Source: Scyliorhinus canicula
Taxonomy: Eukaryota
Direction of reading: 5' to 3'
Assembly: GCF_902713615.1 (NCBI RefSeq)
Contig: NW_024056036.1
Span: 1 to 64,000, forward strand
DNA: 64,000 bases
The notes under the pieces were generated by a model. That model was not told the DNA's origin. It worked only from the letters and a program-made list of their open reading frames with translations, and made no database searches. This document shows positions 51,463 through 61,454 of the stretch, one piece after another. Made by a program: the position numbers and the translations under genes. How positions within the stretch are numbered: position 1 is the stretch's first letter; each line of letters starts with the position of its first letter.

Positions 51463-51471
51463 TCACTTGAT
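51463..51471 (-). CDS. IGHM: IgM heavy chain TM2 exon (IK-stop); 3' UTR runs to AATAAA at 51055-51060 or 51020-51025
   Basis: Acceptor TCTCTCTCTTTTACAG then ATC AAG TGA, giving a KIK cytoplasmic tail. Confidence 0.8.
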   Translation of the reverse strand: MK

Positions 51472-51610
51472 CTGTAAAAGAGAGAGAAACTGATGAAGCA
51501 GATGTTTATGATCTGGGACATTGATGTTAGAGTTTTTAATCAAATCAAACATTTAGGGTTTTTAAACGGCTTCTGTCAGTTTGAAGTGTGAGTGGATTGA
51601 ATCGTCTCAC

Positions 51611-51738
51611 CTTCACCAGAGTGACTGCAGCGCTGTAGGAAATGCTCAGGAAGAACAGGGTGATGAATGTGGAAGCGGTTGTCCAGATGTTCCCGTTATC
51701 ATCCTCATTGTCTTCAGTCCAGGTGTGGTCTGTGGTAT
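51611..51738 (-). CDS. IGHM: IgM heavy chain TM1 exon
   Basis: (D)TTDHTWTEDNEDDNGNIWTTASTFITLFFLSISYSAAVTLVK with the CART motif. Acceptor TCGTAG; donor GTGAGA. Confidence 0.93.
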
Positions 51739-52079
51739 CTACGAGGATCGAGCCCAATAAATATAATCAGATTGTTTGTTAATACACGTTTTATTTTTAA
51801 TATTCTCGTTTCATTTTCTCCCGCTGCTAATTCATTCTTTAATATATTTGTCATTGCATATCTACTGTTGAGTTCATGACACTCGGAAATCGATCTCTGT
51901 AACTTTTTCCTTTCAATTAAGCGGCAATTTAACATGGCCAATCCACCTAGCCTGCGCATCATTAGGTTGTCGGGGTGAGACCCACGGGTCACGGGGATAC
52001 TCCACTGGGACAGAGACCCAGGAGCGGGATCGTGAGGCAGCAGTGCTAACCATTGCGTCACCGTGCCGCCATTGCCTGA

Positions 52080-53500
52080 CGTCTGTGTTTGTTCTTTAGC
52101 TTTTGTGTCTGTGTAGATGCGAAATTCGTGTTTCTTTACTCTTCATTTGTGTGTCCCGATGTCTTTATAAGTGTCATTGTGTGTGTTCATGTGTCAATGA
52201 GTATTGATCTGTGCATTTGTGTGTCAGCGCCTGTGTGTAAATTTATCTTAAGTCAATGTGTATATATGAGTGTTTATTGTGTGTGTGTTGTGTGTTGAAG
52301 TCTATGTTTATATATTAATGCCTGTTTTAATATAAGTTTATACTTTCCTGCCCAGTAATAAAAGTGTTAATGTGTCTTTATACGTTCAACATGCATGTCT
52401 TTGTCTTAATGTTTGTGTCTGGATACGTGCGTTTGTGTGTGTATGTGTTTGTTGATGCGTGTATTTCATCACAGAATCATCATCGGATAATCCCGACTGT
52501 GCCGAACGAGGCCGTTCAACCCATTGAGTCTGCACCGACCCTCCGAAAGAGCACCCTACCTGGACGCATGCCCCTGCCCTGTCCCCAGAACCTGGTAACC
52601 CCACCTAACGTTGTGGGCACTAAGGGGTAATATAGCCTGGCCAATCCACCGAACCTGCACATCTTTGGACTGTGGGAGGTAACCGGAGCCCCCGGAAGAA
52701 ACAGGAACAGACACGGGAGAACGTGGAAACTCCACACAGACAATCACCCAAGGCTGGAATTGAACCCAGGTTTATGGCGCTGTGAGGCAGCAGTGCTATT
52801 TATGCGTTGATGGTTGTTTATAACTATCTATTGATGATTCTATGTGTATTCATATGTGTTCGTGTTAGCGTGTGTACGAGTCTGCTAATATGTGTCTACG
52901 TGAGCCCATTAGTGTGTTAATGTGGATTATTGTCTCTGTTTGAATGGAAATATTTCTGTCATCGTGAAATTCTGCTAATATATATGTTATTGGTTACATT
53001 TGTGTTGCATATTCTTCTGTCAGCCTGCTTGTCTGGTTTTATATATTTGTGTATCTGTGAGGACATGTGGTTGTATGTGGCTGTTTGTATACATTTGTGT
53101 AGCCACTTGTGTGTGTGGATTTGTGTGTCTATGTGTGGATGTGCCCGTGTGCCTGTCTCTGTATAAATGTGGGCTTGTTTGTGTTTATGTGCATGTTTGT
53201 GAATTTTTGCGCACCTTTGCGTGTGTTTTTGTGTCAAAATATGTGTGGTTGGTTGTGCCTGGGTGTATGTTTATGCATGTGTTTCTATGTGTGTGTCCTT
53301 GTGTGTGATTGTGTCTACGTGTGAGCGTGTGTGTTTGTGGGCCTGTGTGCATGTGTGTGTAGTGTCTGTATCTGTTTATCTGTCTGTGTATTTGTATCAG
53401 CTGCCTGTAGCTTTGCCAGTTGTGGGTATTATTGGTACCGATGTAGAATATGTTGAACTTTCTGCTTATAAATGTGTTTTGTGTGAGCTGCAAGCTGACA
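52080..53500. repeat. Degenerate TG-rich low-complexity tract with an HE1 SINE (52490-52800, minus)
   Basis: Dense imperfect (TG)n sequence. Confidence 0.85.
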
Positions 53501-53959
53501 TCAGGTGACCGAATGCAAAAATATAAGGAGGTGCCTCAGGTGAGAACAGTGAAACCCAGGGAGAACTCAATCACCAGTCTGGATTTGGATTCTGGGGAAT
53601 CGGTCTCAGCAGACGGATAAGAGGAACAAGGGTGCTAAAAAATTCTGTTGCATAAATAGATACTTTAAGAACATCTTTATCATGATGGTCTTTTAAAGCC
53701 TTCAGCCAGTAAGCTACATGCCGCCTTGTAATGTCAGTAACTGAGTTCTTAGTCTAGAGAACCGTTTACTTCCAAACTCCCTGCTTGGGGACTGGGAAGA
53801 TATTGAGTTAATAATCTCCCTCTCTCTGGTCAGCTCAGCAAATTGCCTTTGGGTTCTCCCAGCTGGAGATGGAGATACAGAGAGTTCACTCATCACCTTC
53901 CTCCTCTTTTGGTCGGGAAAGTGGAGGTAAAATGGGTCAGTATTGCCCCTTAGCTCTCT

Positions 53960-55085
53960 TTGTTGGGGAAGTGTGGGTACAGTGGATTAACTAATCCCTC
54001 TCCCTCTCACTGTTGGAAGCGGGTGTACAGTGCATTAACTCAGGCCCCCACCGTCTCTTTGTTGGGGAAATGAGGGTACAGTGTGTTAACTAATGCCCCT
54101 CTTCCTCTCTTTGCTGGGGAAATTGAGGTACAGTGTGTTCATTAATTCCCCTACTCCTCTCTTTGCCTGGGTAGTGGGGGTACACTGTGTTAACTAATGC
54201 CCCTACCCCTCTCTTTGCCTGGCTAGTGGGGGTACACTGTGGTAACTAATGCCCCTACCCCTCTCTTTGCATGGGTAGTGGCCGTACACTGTGTTAACTA
54301 ATGCCCCTACCCCTCTCTTTGCCTGGGAAATGGGAGTACAGTGCATTAAGTAATGCCCCTCTTCCTCTCTTTGTTGGGGAAGTGGGCTACAGTGGATTAA
54401 CTAATGCCCCTCCCCCTCTCTCTATTGGGAAGTGGGGGTACAGTGGATTAACTAATGCCCCTCCCTCTCTCTCTGTTGAGGAAGTGGGGGTACAGTGGAC
54501 TAACTAATGCCCCTCCCCCTCTCTCTGTTGGGGAAGTGGGGGTACAGTGGATTAACTAATGCCCCTCCCCCCTCTTTGTTGGGGAAATGGGGGCACAGTG
54601 AATTAACTAAAGCCCCACTGCCTCTCTTTGTTGGGGAAGTGGGCTACAGTGGATTAATTAATGCCCCTCCCCCTCTCTCTGTTGGGGAGGTGGGGGGTAC
54701 AGTGGACTAAATAAAGCCCCTCCCCCTCTCTCTGTTGGGGAAGTGGGGGTACAGTGGATTAACTAAAGCCCCACTGCCTCTCTTTGTTGGGGAAGTGGGC
54801 TACAGTGGATTAACTAATGTCCCTCCCCCTCTCTCTGTTGGGGAGGTGGGGGGTACAGTGGACTAAATAAAGCCCCTCCCCCTCTTTCTGTTGGGGAAGT
54901 GGGGGTACAGTGGATTAACTAATGCCCCTCCCCCTCCCTCTGTTGAGGAAGTGGGGGTACAGTGGATTAACTAATGCCCCTCCCCCTCTCTCTGTTGGGG
55001 AAGTGGGGGTAAAGTGGATTAACTAATGCCCCTCCCACTCTCTCTGTTGGTGAAGTGGGGGTACAGTGGATTAACAATTTCACTT
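53960..55085. repeat. ~52-54-bp minisatellite, about 21 copies
   Basis: Unit GTACAGTGGATTAACTAATGCCCCTCCCCCTCTCTCTGTTGGGGAAGTGGGG. Confidence 0.92.
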
Positions 55086-55189
55086 CCCCCGCTCTTTGAC
55101 TGGGCATTGTTGGTCCATGTTTCTGTGTGCTCCTCAATTCAGTTCCCACTGGGTGTGATGCAGCAACTTAAAGCTGACATTAATTTTAA

Positions 55190-55654
55190 AGTAAGAAGTC
55201 TTACAACACCAGGTTAAAGTCCAACAGGTTTGTTTCAAACACGAGCTTTCGGAGCACGGCTCCTTCTTCAGGTGAATGGAAAGGCTTGTTCCAGAAATGT
55301 TTATATAGACACAGTCAGAGATGCCCCGGAATGCGAGCACCTGCAGGCAATCAAATCATCAAAGATGCAGAGAGAGAGGTAACTAATGCTCCGCATTCCG
55401 GGGCATCTCTGACTGTGTCTATATAGTTACCTCTCTCTCTGCATCTTTGATGATTTGATTGCCTGCAGGTGCTCGCATTCCGGGGCATCTCTGACTGTGT
55501 CTATATAAACATTTCTGGAACAAGCCTTTCCATTCACCTGAAGAAGGAGCCGTGCTCCGAAAGCTCGTGTTTGAAACAAACCTGTTGGACTTTAACCTGG
55601 TGTTGTAAGACTTCTTACTGTGCTCACCCCAGTCCAACGCCGGCATCTCCACAT
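55190..55654. mobile_element. Penelope family-1 fold-back: 196-bp inverted arms with a 14-bp TSD
   Basis: Arms 55190-55385 and 55424-55619. TSD CATTAATTTTAAAG at 55178-55191 and 55655-55668. Confidence 0.92.
55535..55569 (+). ncRNA. Putative minimal type I hammerhead ribozyme (antisense copy at 55240-55274)
   Basis: CAC-CTGAAGA-A-GGAGC-CGT-GCTCC-GAAA-GC-TC-GTG. Confidence 0.6.
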
Positions 55655-56021
55655 CATTAATTTTAAAGGGATGGACAATGAGAGAAGCAGGAACACCAAG
55701 ATCTAAATGTGATGGGTTTGTTTGTCTAAAATGGGAAATTGTCCGATTTCTCCTCAGCGGGAGGAAAGTCAATGAAAATATTTTGCTGAATCCTGGAATG
55801 AATTAGTTTTACTCTGTCTCTAACCCAGGGTGTATCTGAGCTGAGAGCACTGGTTGTATCAGACTTGGTGCCGAGACCTGTAGAAATCCGGGTCTCATTG
55901 AACAGATCTAATATCAGCAAAGTGGAAGCTCCATTAATTAAACGGCTGTACATTTAAATCACAATTGGAGGAAAAAAACTTTATTATTTTTATTTTAGTT
56001 CGAAATATAACCAATCCATTC

Positions 56022-56413
56022 TCATTGACATGAATTAACGGTGTCCATCAGAGCGAGGGAAATGTTCACAAAACTGGGTTTACCGCTGGATTTATCAACC
56101 GTTCTGTTGATGATCTTCAAGGGGATGGCTTCATGTCCCACCACACAGGAGTAAGAAGCGCCGCTGGCCCACTCCTCCGCTGCAATGGATAACAGGCTGT
56201 ACATGAAGAAGGAGCTATTGCCGTTCTCCGCCATCACCTCGGTGTTCTTGTAGTTCCCGGGATTCACCGGCTTGTCATTGACGGTCCACTTGACGAAGAT
56301 CTCTCGGGGGGAGAAACCTCTCACTAAGCAGCTGAGGGAGACGAATCTCTGAGCGGAGACGTCTTCAGCCGAGGGCAGGAGGACAGAGACGGACGGTTCC
56401 CGCGGATTGGGAT
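56022..56413 (-). CDS. IGHM: IgM heavy chain CH4 exon plus secretory tailpiece
   Basis: (D)[41 protein letters not shown]|[20 protein letters not shown]. Acceptor TTTTCTGCAG. The internal donor G|GTAAAC is at 56084/56083. AATAAA at 55989-55994 and 55980-55985. Confidence 0.96.
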
Positions 56414-56689
56414 CTGCAGAAAATGTACAATAAATGTCAATAAAATGGGGAATTCCGGAGACAATGGAACCGCGGGTTAGATGTGAGAGAAATGTGTTTT
56501 GTGTTGGATTTTAAAGGTTTCAATTTTCCACTTTGGGTTCTGTCCGGGTTCCCAGCTCGGAGCAGAGGTGGACACAATCCTTTCCCCTGAGAATTTACGG
56601 ATGTTGGTTCGAAAGTTTCAGAAAGTGTACAGCAGGGAAACAGGCCATTCGGCCCAACTGTTCTGTGCTGGTGTATAAACTCCACACCA

Positions 56690-57500
56690 GGCTCCTCTCA
56701 CCTTACCCCAAGAGGATTGGAAAACTGCCAATGTAACACCCTTATTCAAAGGGGAGGGAGACAAAAACATTCTATGTAAATTCTGAAGCTGAAGTAACGG
56801 GGGAATTGGGGGTCCGCATGCAGAAACCACAAAAAGCAAGTTCTGCAGGTAATATGGAGACAAATTGAACGTTGACATTTATTTCAAAGGGAATAGAATA
56901 TAAACATGGGGACGTCTGACTAAAATTATACAAAGCATCAGTTAGTCTACACCTGATATACTTTGAATAGTTTTGGTGCCCGTATCTAAGGAAGACAGAT
57001 TGGTTTTGAAGGCAGTCCAGACAAGGATCACGAGATTGATCCCGAGTATGGAGGGATTTTCTTATGGGGAGAGGTTAAGTAGGCTGGGTTGTACTTATTG
57101 GAGTTTAGAGGAATCAAGGCGACCTACTTGAGACATGAAATATTCTCCGGGAGCTTCTTAGGATAGACGCTGACAGATTGTTTTCCCTTGTGGGAGTGTC
57201 CAGGAGCAGCGTACATGATCACAAAGTGAGGATTCGCCCATTTCAGACAGAGATTAGCAGGAATTTCCTCTCAGAGGGTAGTGAAGCTGTGGAATTATTT
57301 AACGCAGGGGGCTGTAGATTCTGGGTTGTTCAGTATGTTCAAGGTTGAGAGAGGCATATTTTCAATCAGTAAAAGCGTCAAGAGATATGGGGATAAGGCG
57401 GGAAAGAGGAGTTGAAGATTATCACAGCAGATCAGTCAGGATCTCACTGCAGGCTGGACCGCTGTTGTTGGGCCCAAAGGCCTACATCTGCTCGTAAGTC
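56690..57500 (+). mobile_element. Degenerate CR1 LINE fragment in the CH3-CH4 intron
   Basis: GATTGGAAAACTGCCAATGTAACACCCTTATTCAAA and CR1 3'-type sequence. Confidence 0.7.
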
Positions 57501-57730
57501 TTGTGGTCTATGGTCTCGCTCCATCTAAACCCAATATCACTGTTTTTAATTCATTGTTCATTCATCTGCATATCAATTTTCCCCCTAAACTCTAAATGAC
57601 CAGAGTATTTAGTTAGTGGAATTACCAATCAGAATGGACCATAAATACACTGAATGCTAAATACTGACCGCTGCACTGACACTAGAAATAGACACAATGA
57701 CTGACTTATTGCTTCAATCTCACCGCTCAC

Positions 57731-58039
57731 CTATTTTTTTGTGGATTGAAATTCTTAAAGGAGTTGGCAGGTCCTGATGGCTCGCCACACAGTCAAACAC
57801 AGCCCCACTCAGCCAGGCTTGTGTGGAGATGTTTAATTTGCTGACCACGCTCTCAGTATCTGCCCCAGGCTGGTCGGCAATCTCTGATTTCAGCGGCTTC
57901 TTCGCTTCACTCCAGGACACGTTGACTCCATAAGGAGCATTCGAAATGACACAGGTTAAGGTTACAGTCGCCTCCAGTAAGACCTGTTCTATTGGTGGTG
58001 GCAGTATTGTTACTGAGGCATCAGTGCAAACGGAAGGAT
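57731..58039 (-). CDS. IGHM: IgM heavy chain CH3 exon (intact, 309 bp, phase 1-1)
   Basis: (D)[58 protein letters not shown]. Acceptor TTCATTCACAG; donor GTGAGC. Confidence 0.95.
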
Positions 58040-58675
58040 CTGTGAATGAAAAAATTGGAAATCAACCCAAGTTTCATCTTCAAAATCAGGACAGCAGGAT
58101 TCAGCCTTCACTCACTCAATGGGAATAAATCAACTTCGAAATAACAACTTTTAACGGTCGCCTTTAATCTTCTATACTCAATGGAAAACCAGTTTGGTTT
58201 TTGAAAACTCTTCTCATTGTGAAATACAGTCAGCCCTGAAACCATTCTAATGAATCAGTATTGCAGCATTCCCAATACAAATATTCCATTCCTGATCTCA
58301 GAACCCAAATACGGAAGGCTGCTTGATAAATATCTTGAATGAACTTTCCAAAATCTTCGTCCCGAGCTGGTTTCAGTAAAGGGTTCCAGACAGCCATTGC
58401 CTCAGCAATTTAATCAGCTGTCTCAGGGTAAAGCTGATTTCAAATCCACCTCACTCCCTAAATTACTTCAGGTTAGAGGGAAACATTTATTTCTATACTG
58501 ATCAAATCCTAAATGGTGATCAATCCTAATGCAGCTTACATCAGAATGAAACACAAACTACATGGCAGTAAATTAGAAGTTGTTCTGTGCTTTGTACTAA
58601 CTCCAGTAAATTCCTGATTTGGATTAACATCAGAATGCAGGATGATTTATTGTTTCCTCTGTTTCTATCTCTTAC

Positions 58676-58919
58676 CAGACACGGTGATGTTGTGACTTTG
58701 GGTGACCTCTTGATGAGTGACCTGGCAGGTATAGACCGCTTTGCTGAACCATTCCCCAGCGGAGACTGTCAGCCGACTGCTCGCTGAGAAGTTCCCGTTC
58801 ACTTCACAGGCGGGAGAGGTGACAATTCCTGAACCCATGGGTTGTCCATTTTTCAGCCACTTCACCGTCAGTGACTTTGGACTGAAATTGTTGATTGAAC
58901 AGACCATGGTTGCAAATTG
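58676..58919 (-). pseudogene. IGHM: IgM heavy chain CH2 exon, 5'-disrupted
   Basis: [40 protein letters not shown] with an intact donor GTAAGA. An in-frame TGA lies at 58923-58925, with no AG between it and the retained sequence. The PTVIL-type A-strand is absent. Confidence 0.8.
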
Positions 58920-58983
58920 AGTTCATATGCTTTTAAAAATGTTTGTGGCTGATAGACACGAAGCGGGATTTCCCAGGGATCAG

Positions 58984-59143
58984 GAAATGAAGTGAAAATC
59001 GGTTATTGTCACTGTGAAAAGCCCATAGTCGCCACATTCCGGCGCCTGTCCGGGGAGGCTGGTACGGGAATCGAAACGTGCCGCTGGCCTGCTTGGTCTG
59101 CTTTAAAAGCCAGCGATTTCGCCGAGTGAGCTAAACCAGCCCC
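58984..59143 (-). mobile_element. tRNA-derived SINE in the CH1-CH2 intron
   Basis: Same family as 10885-11050 and 25960-26120 (GGGCTGGTTTAGC..AAAGCAGACCAAG..CACAGT..TTTTCATTTC). No TSD is visible. Confidence 0.85.
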
Positions 59144-59232
59144 TTAATGCAGAGTATTAAAATGAGTTATATCCAAGACCCTATACAAGATAATCATAGG
59201 TTTCTGTTTCTCACAGGTTCCACAACACTTAC

Positions 59233-59532
59233 ATTTCATTCCAATGCTCTTGTCTGAGCCGCTGTGTCGAACCTCACAGCTGATTTTGCTGCATCTCCCC
59301 TCTGACTCGGTGATGGTTAACTGGCTGCTCAGGGTGTAGGTTCCCTTCTTGTTTCTCACTGACGGGTATTTCTTAACTCCAGTGGTGATCAGCTGCCCAT
59401 CTTTCTTCCAGGTAAGGCTGGTGATTTCTGGGGAGTAGTCCATCGCCAAACAGCCAAAGGTCACGGAGCCGTCAGTGTTGTGTTGCTGGCAGGAGGAGAC
59501 CAGGCTGTAGAGAGTGGGCGGAGACGGTGTCG
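59233..59532 (-). CDS. IGHM: IgM heavy chain CH1 exon (intact, 300 bp, phase 1-1)
   Basis: (A)[68 protein letters not shown]. Acceptor TTCTCTCCCAG; donor GTAAGT. Confidence 0.96.
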
Positions 59533-60429
59533 CTGGGAGAGAATGGCCCATTCAACAAGTTAGACTCTGGGATTTGTCATTAAGATATCATACAACTTAG
59601 AATTTGGATAAAGTTACTAATGTTCCTAAAATGTTCGCATTAAAACTGCATCCATACTTGAGCTTCTATTAGTTCTAACTTTTGAGAATCACCATTTGTT
59701 TATTCCTCTTTAGAAACTCACATCTTTCTCCAGTTCAACACCTTGCAGAAGTGTAACACTTTGATGTCACCTGAAAACGTACCATTCATTACTTTAAATG
59801 AGCAGAGCAGAGGGTTTTCCCATTATTTATACCACCAATGTTTTTTCCTCCCACAGTCCAAAGATGTGCAGGTTAGGTGGATTGGCCATGATAAATTGCC
59901 CTTAGTGTGTTGGGTGGGGTTACTGGGGTATGGGGTTGGGTGGAGGTGTTGACCTTGGGTAAGGTGCTCTTTCCAAGAGCCGGTGCAGACTCGATGGGCT
60001 GAATGGCCTCCTTCTGTACTGTAAATTCTATGATCTATGATCAATGTTTTTTCCATCAACAGCACTTCGTGATAAAGAAGTTGTCTCTTCATTTCTGTCA
60101 TTGCTGTTTTGGAAATTCCCTGTGTTCAAACTGACTGATGTCCCCCCTCTCTCCACCTCACTACCCCCACTCCCCAAAACAAGGAGTCGTGACTTTGCTT
60201 CAGAAAAATCTTCCAGGTACTTACATAATGACTATAAAATTCTACATTTGAGCACATGTGCAAGTAACTCCAAAATTCTCCAATTACAGGACCCTGGACA
60301 TTAAAAGCGGGATGCGGCCATTCGGTCCCTCAGGTCTCCTGCACCATTCAATATGATTATGGTGGAGCATATTGTGGGCTGAACTCCATATTCCATGTGT
60401 CCCCGATAACCAGCTTCCCGTCCTTTCCC

Positions 60430-61180
60430 ACCTTTCTGCGCTTTTCCCAGCTCTCTGCGCTTTTCCCAGCTCTCTGCGCTTTTCCCAGCTCTCTGCGCTT
60501 TTCCCAGCTCTCTGATCTTTCCTCCACTTCTGTAATTTGCCCAGCTGCACCTTTACACGTTGTTTGCTCTTTGCCTCAGCTTCTGGAAGTTTCCACTTGC
60601 TCTTTGTGCATTTCCCCAGAACATGGCACTTTACCTTCTGATTATTGGCGTTTGCCCCAACAATTTCACTTTCCCCCGTGCTCCTGCAGCTTCTCTCGCC
60701 TGTCTGCGCTCAGCTCTCTGCCCATCTCACCTGCTCACTACTCGGCTCTCGTCTTTCCCAGGCTCCCTGTACTTTACCACAGCTTTATACCATTCCCCAG
60801 GCTCCATGTGTGCCCCCCCCAGCAGTTCTCTACCTTATCCCAGGCGTCCCGCGCTTTCTCCCAGCGTTCTACTTTTTCCACGGCTCCCTGTGCTTTCCCC
60901 CAGTTCTCTACCTTTTCCCAGGCTCGCTGTGCTTCTCCCCATCCCTCTGCCTTTTCCCAGGCTCCTCGTGCTTTTCCCCAGCTCTCTGCTTTTTCCCAGG
61001 CTCCCCGCAGTTTTTCCCAGCTCTGTCCTTTCCCAGGCTCCCTGTGCTTTTCCCCAGCTCTCTGCCCTTTCCCAGGCTCCCTGTGCTTTTCCCCAGTTCC
61101 CTGCCTTTCCCAGGCTCCCTGCGCTTTCCCCCAGCTCTCTACCCTTTCCCAGGCTCCCTGTGCTTTCCCCCAGTTCCCTG
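60430..61180. repeat. AGCT-containing pyrimidine/purine-skewed tandem repeats upstream of CH1
   Basis: Four copies of the 19-bp CTCTCTGCGCTTTTCCCAG at 60432-60507, and ~38-bp degenerate units TTCCCAGGCTCCCTGTGCTTTCCCCAGCTCTCTG at 60750-61180. Confidence 0.9.
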
Positions 61181-61187
61181 TCTTCCA

Positions 61188-61447
61188 ACACCAGGTTAAA
61201 GTCCAACTGGTTTGTTTCAAACAGGAGCTTTCGGAGCACTGCGACTTCCTCGGGTGAATGAAGAGGTAGGTTCTAGAAACATATATATAGATTTTTATCT
61301 ATATATATTTCTAGAACCTACCTCTTCATTCACCCGAGGAACGAGCAGCGCTCCGAAAGCTCATGACTTGAAACAAACCTGTTGGACTGTAACCTGGTGT
61401 CAGACTTACTGTGCCCACCCCAGTCCAACACCGGCATCTCCACAGCA
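61188..61447. mobile_element. Penelope family-1 fold-back (imperfect arms 61188-61292 / 61297-61400)
   Basis: Centre TATATATAGAT-TTTT-ATCTATATATA; terminus GGCATCTCCACAGCA on the right. Confidence 0.85.
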
Positions 61448-61454
61448 TGTAAAT

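Noticed and set aside
52930-53508. Cys/Val-rich or His/Thr-rich ORFs (also 61787-62263)
   Set aside because: Products of (TG)n and GTGA low-complexity DNA.
51020-59532. Assignment as IgW or IgNAR
   Set aside because: Four CH exons with IgM-type CH1, CH4 tailpiece and TM sequences fit IgM.
60397-61261. Proline/serine-rich ORFs of 130-290 aa
   Set aside because: Translations of the tandem repeat in an Ig intron.
61447-61454. Variant octamer ATGTAAAT as an intronic enhancer
   Set aside because: A single motif at a transposon junction, with no supporting cluster.
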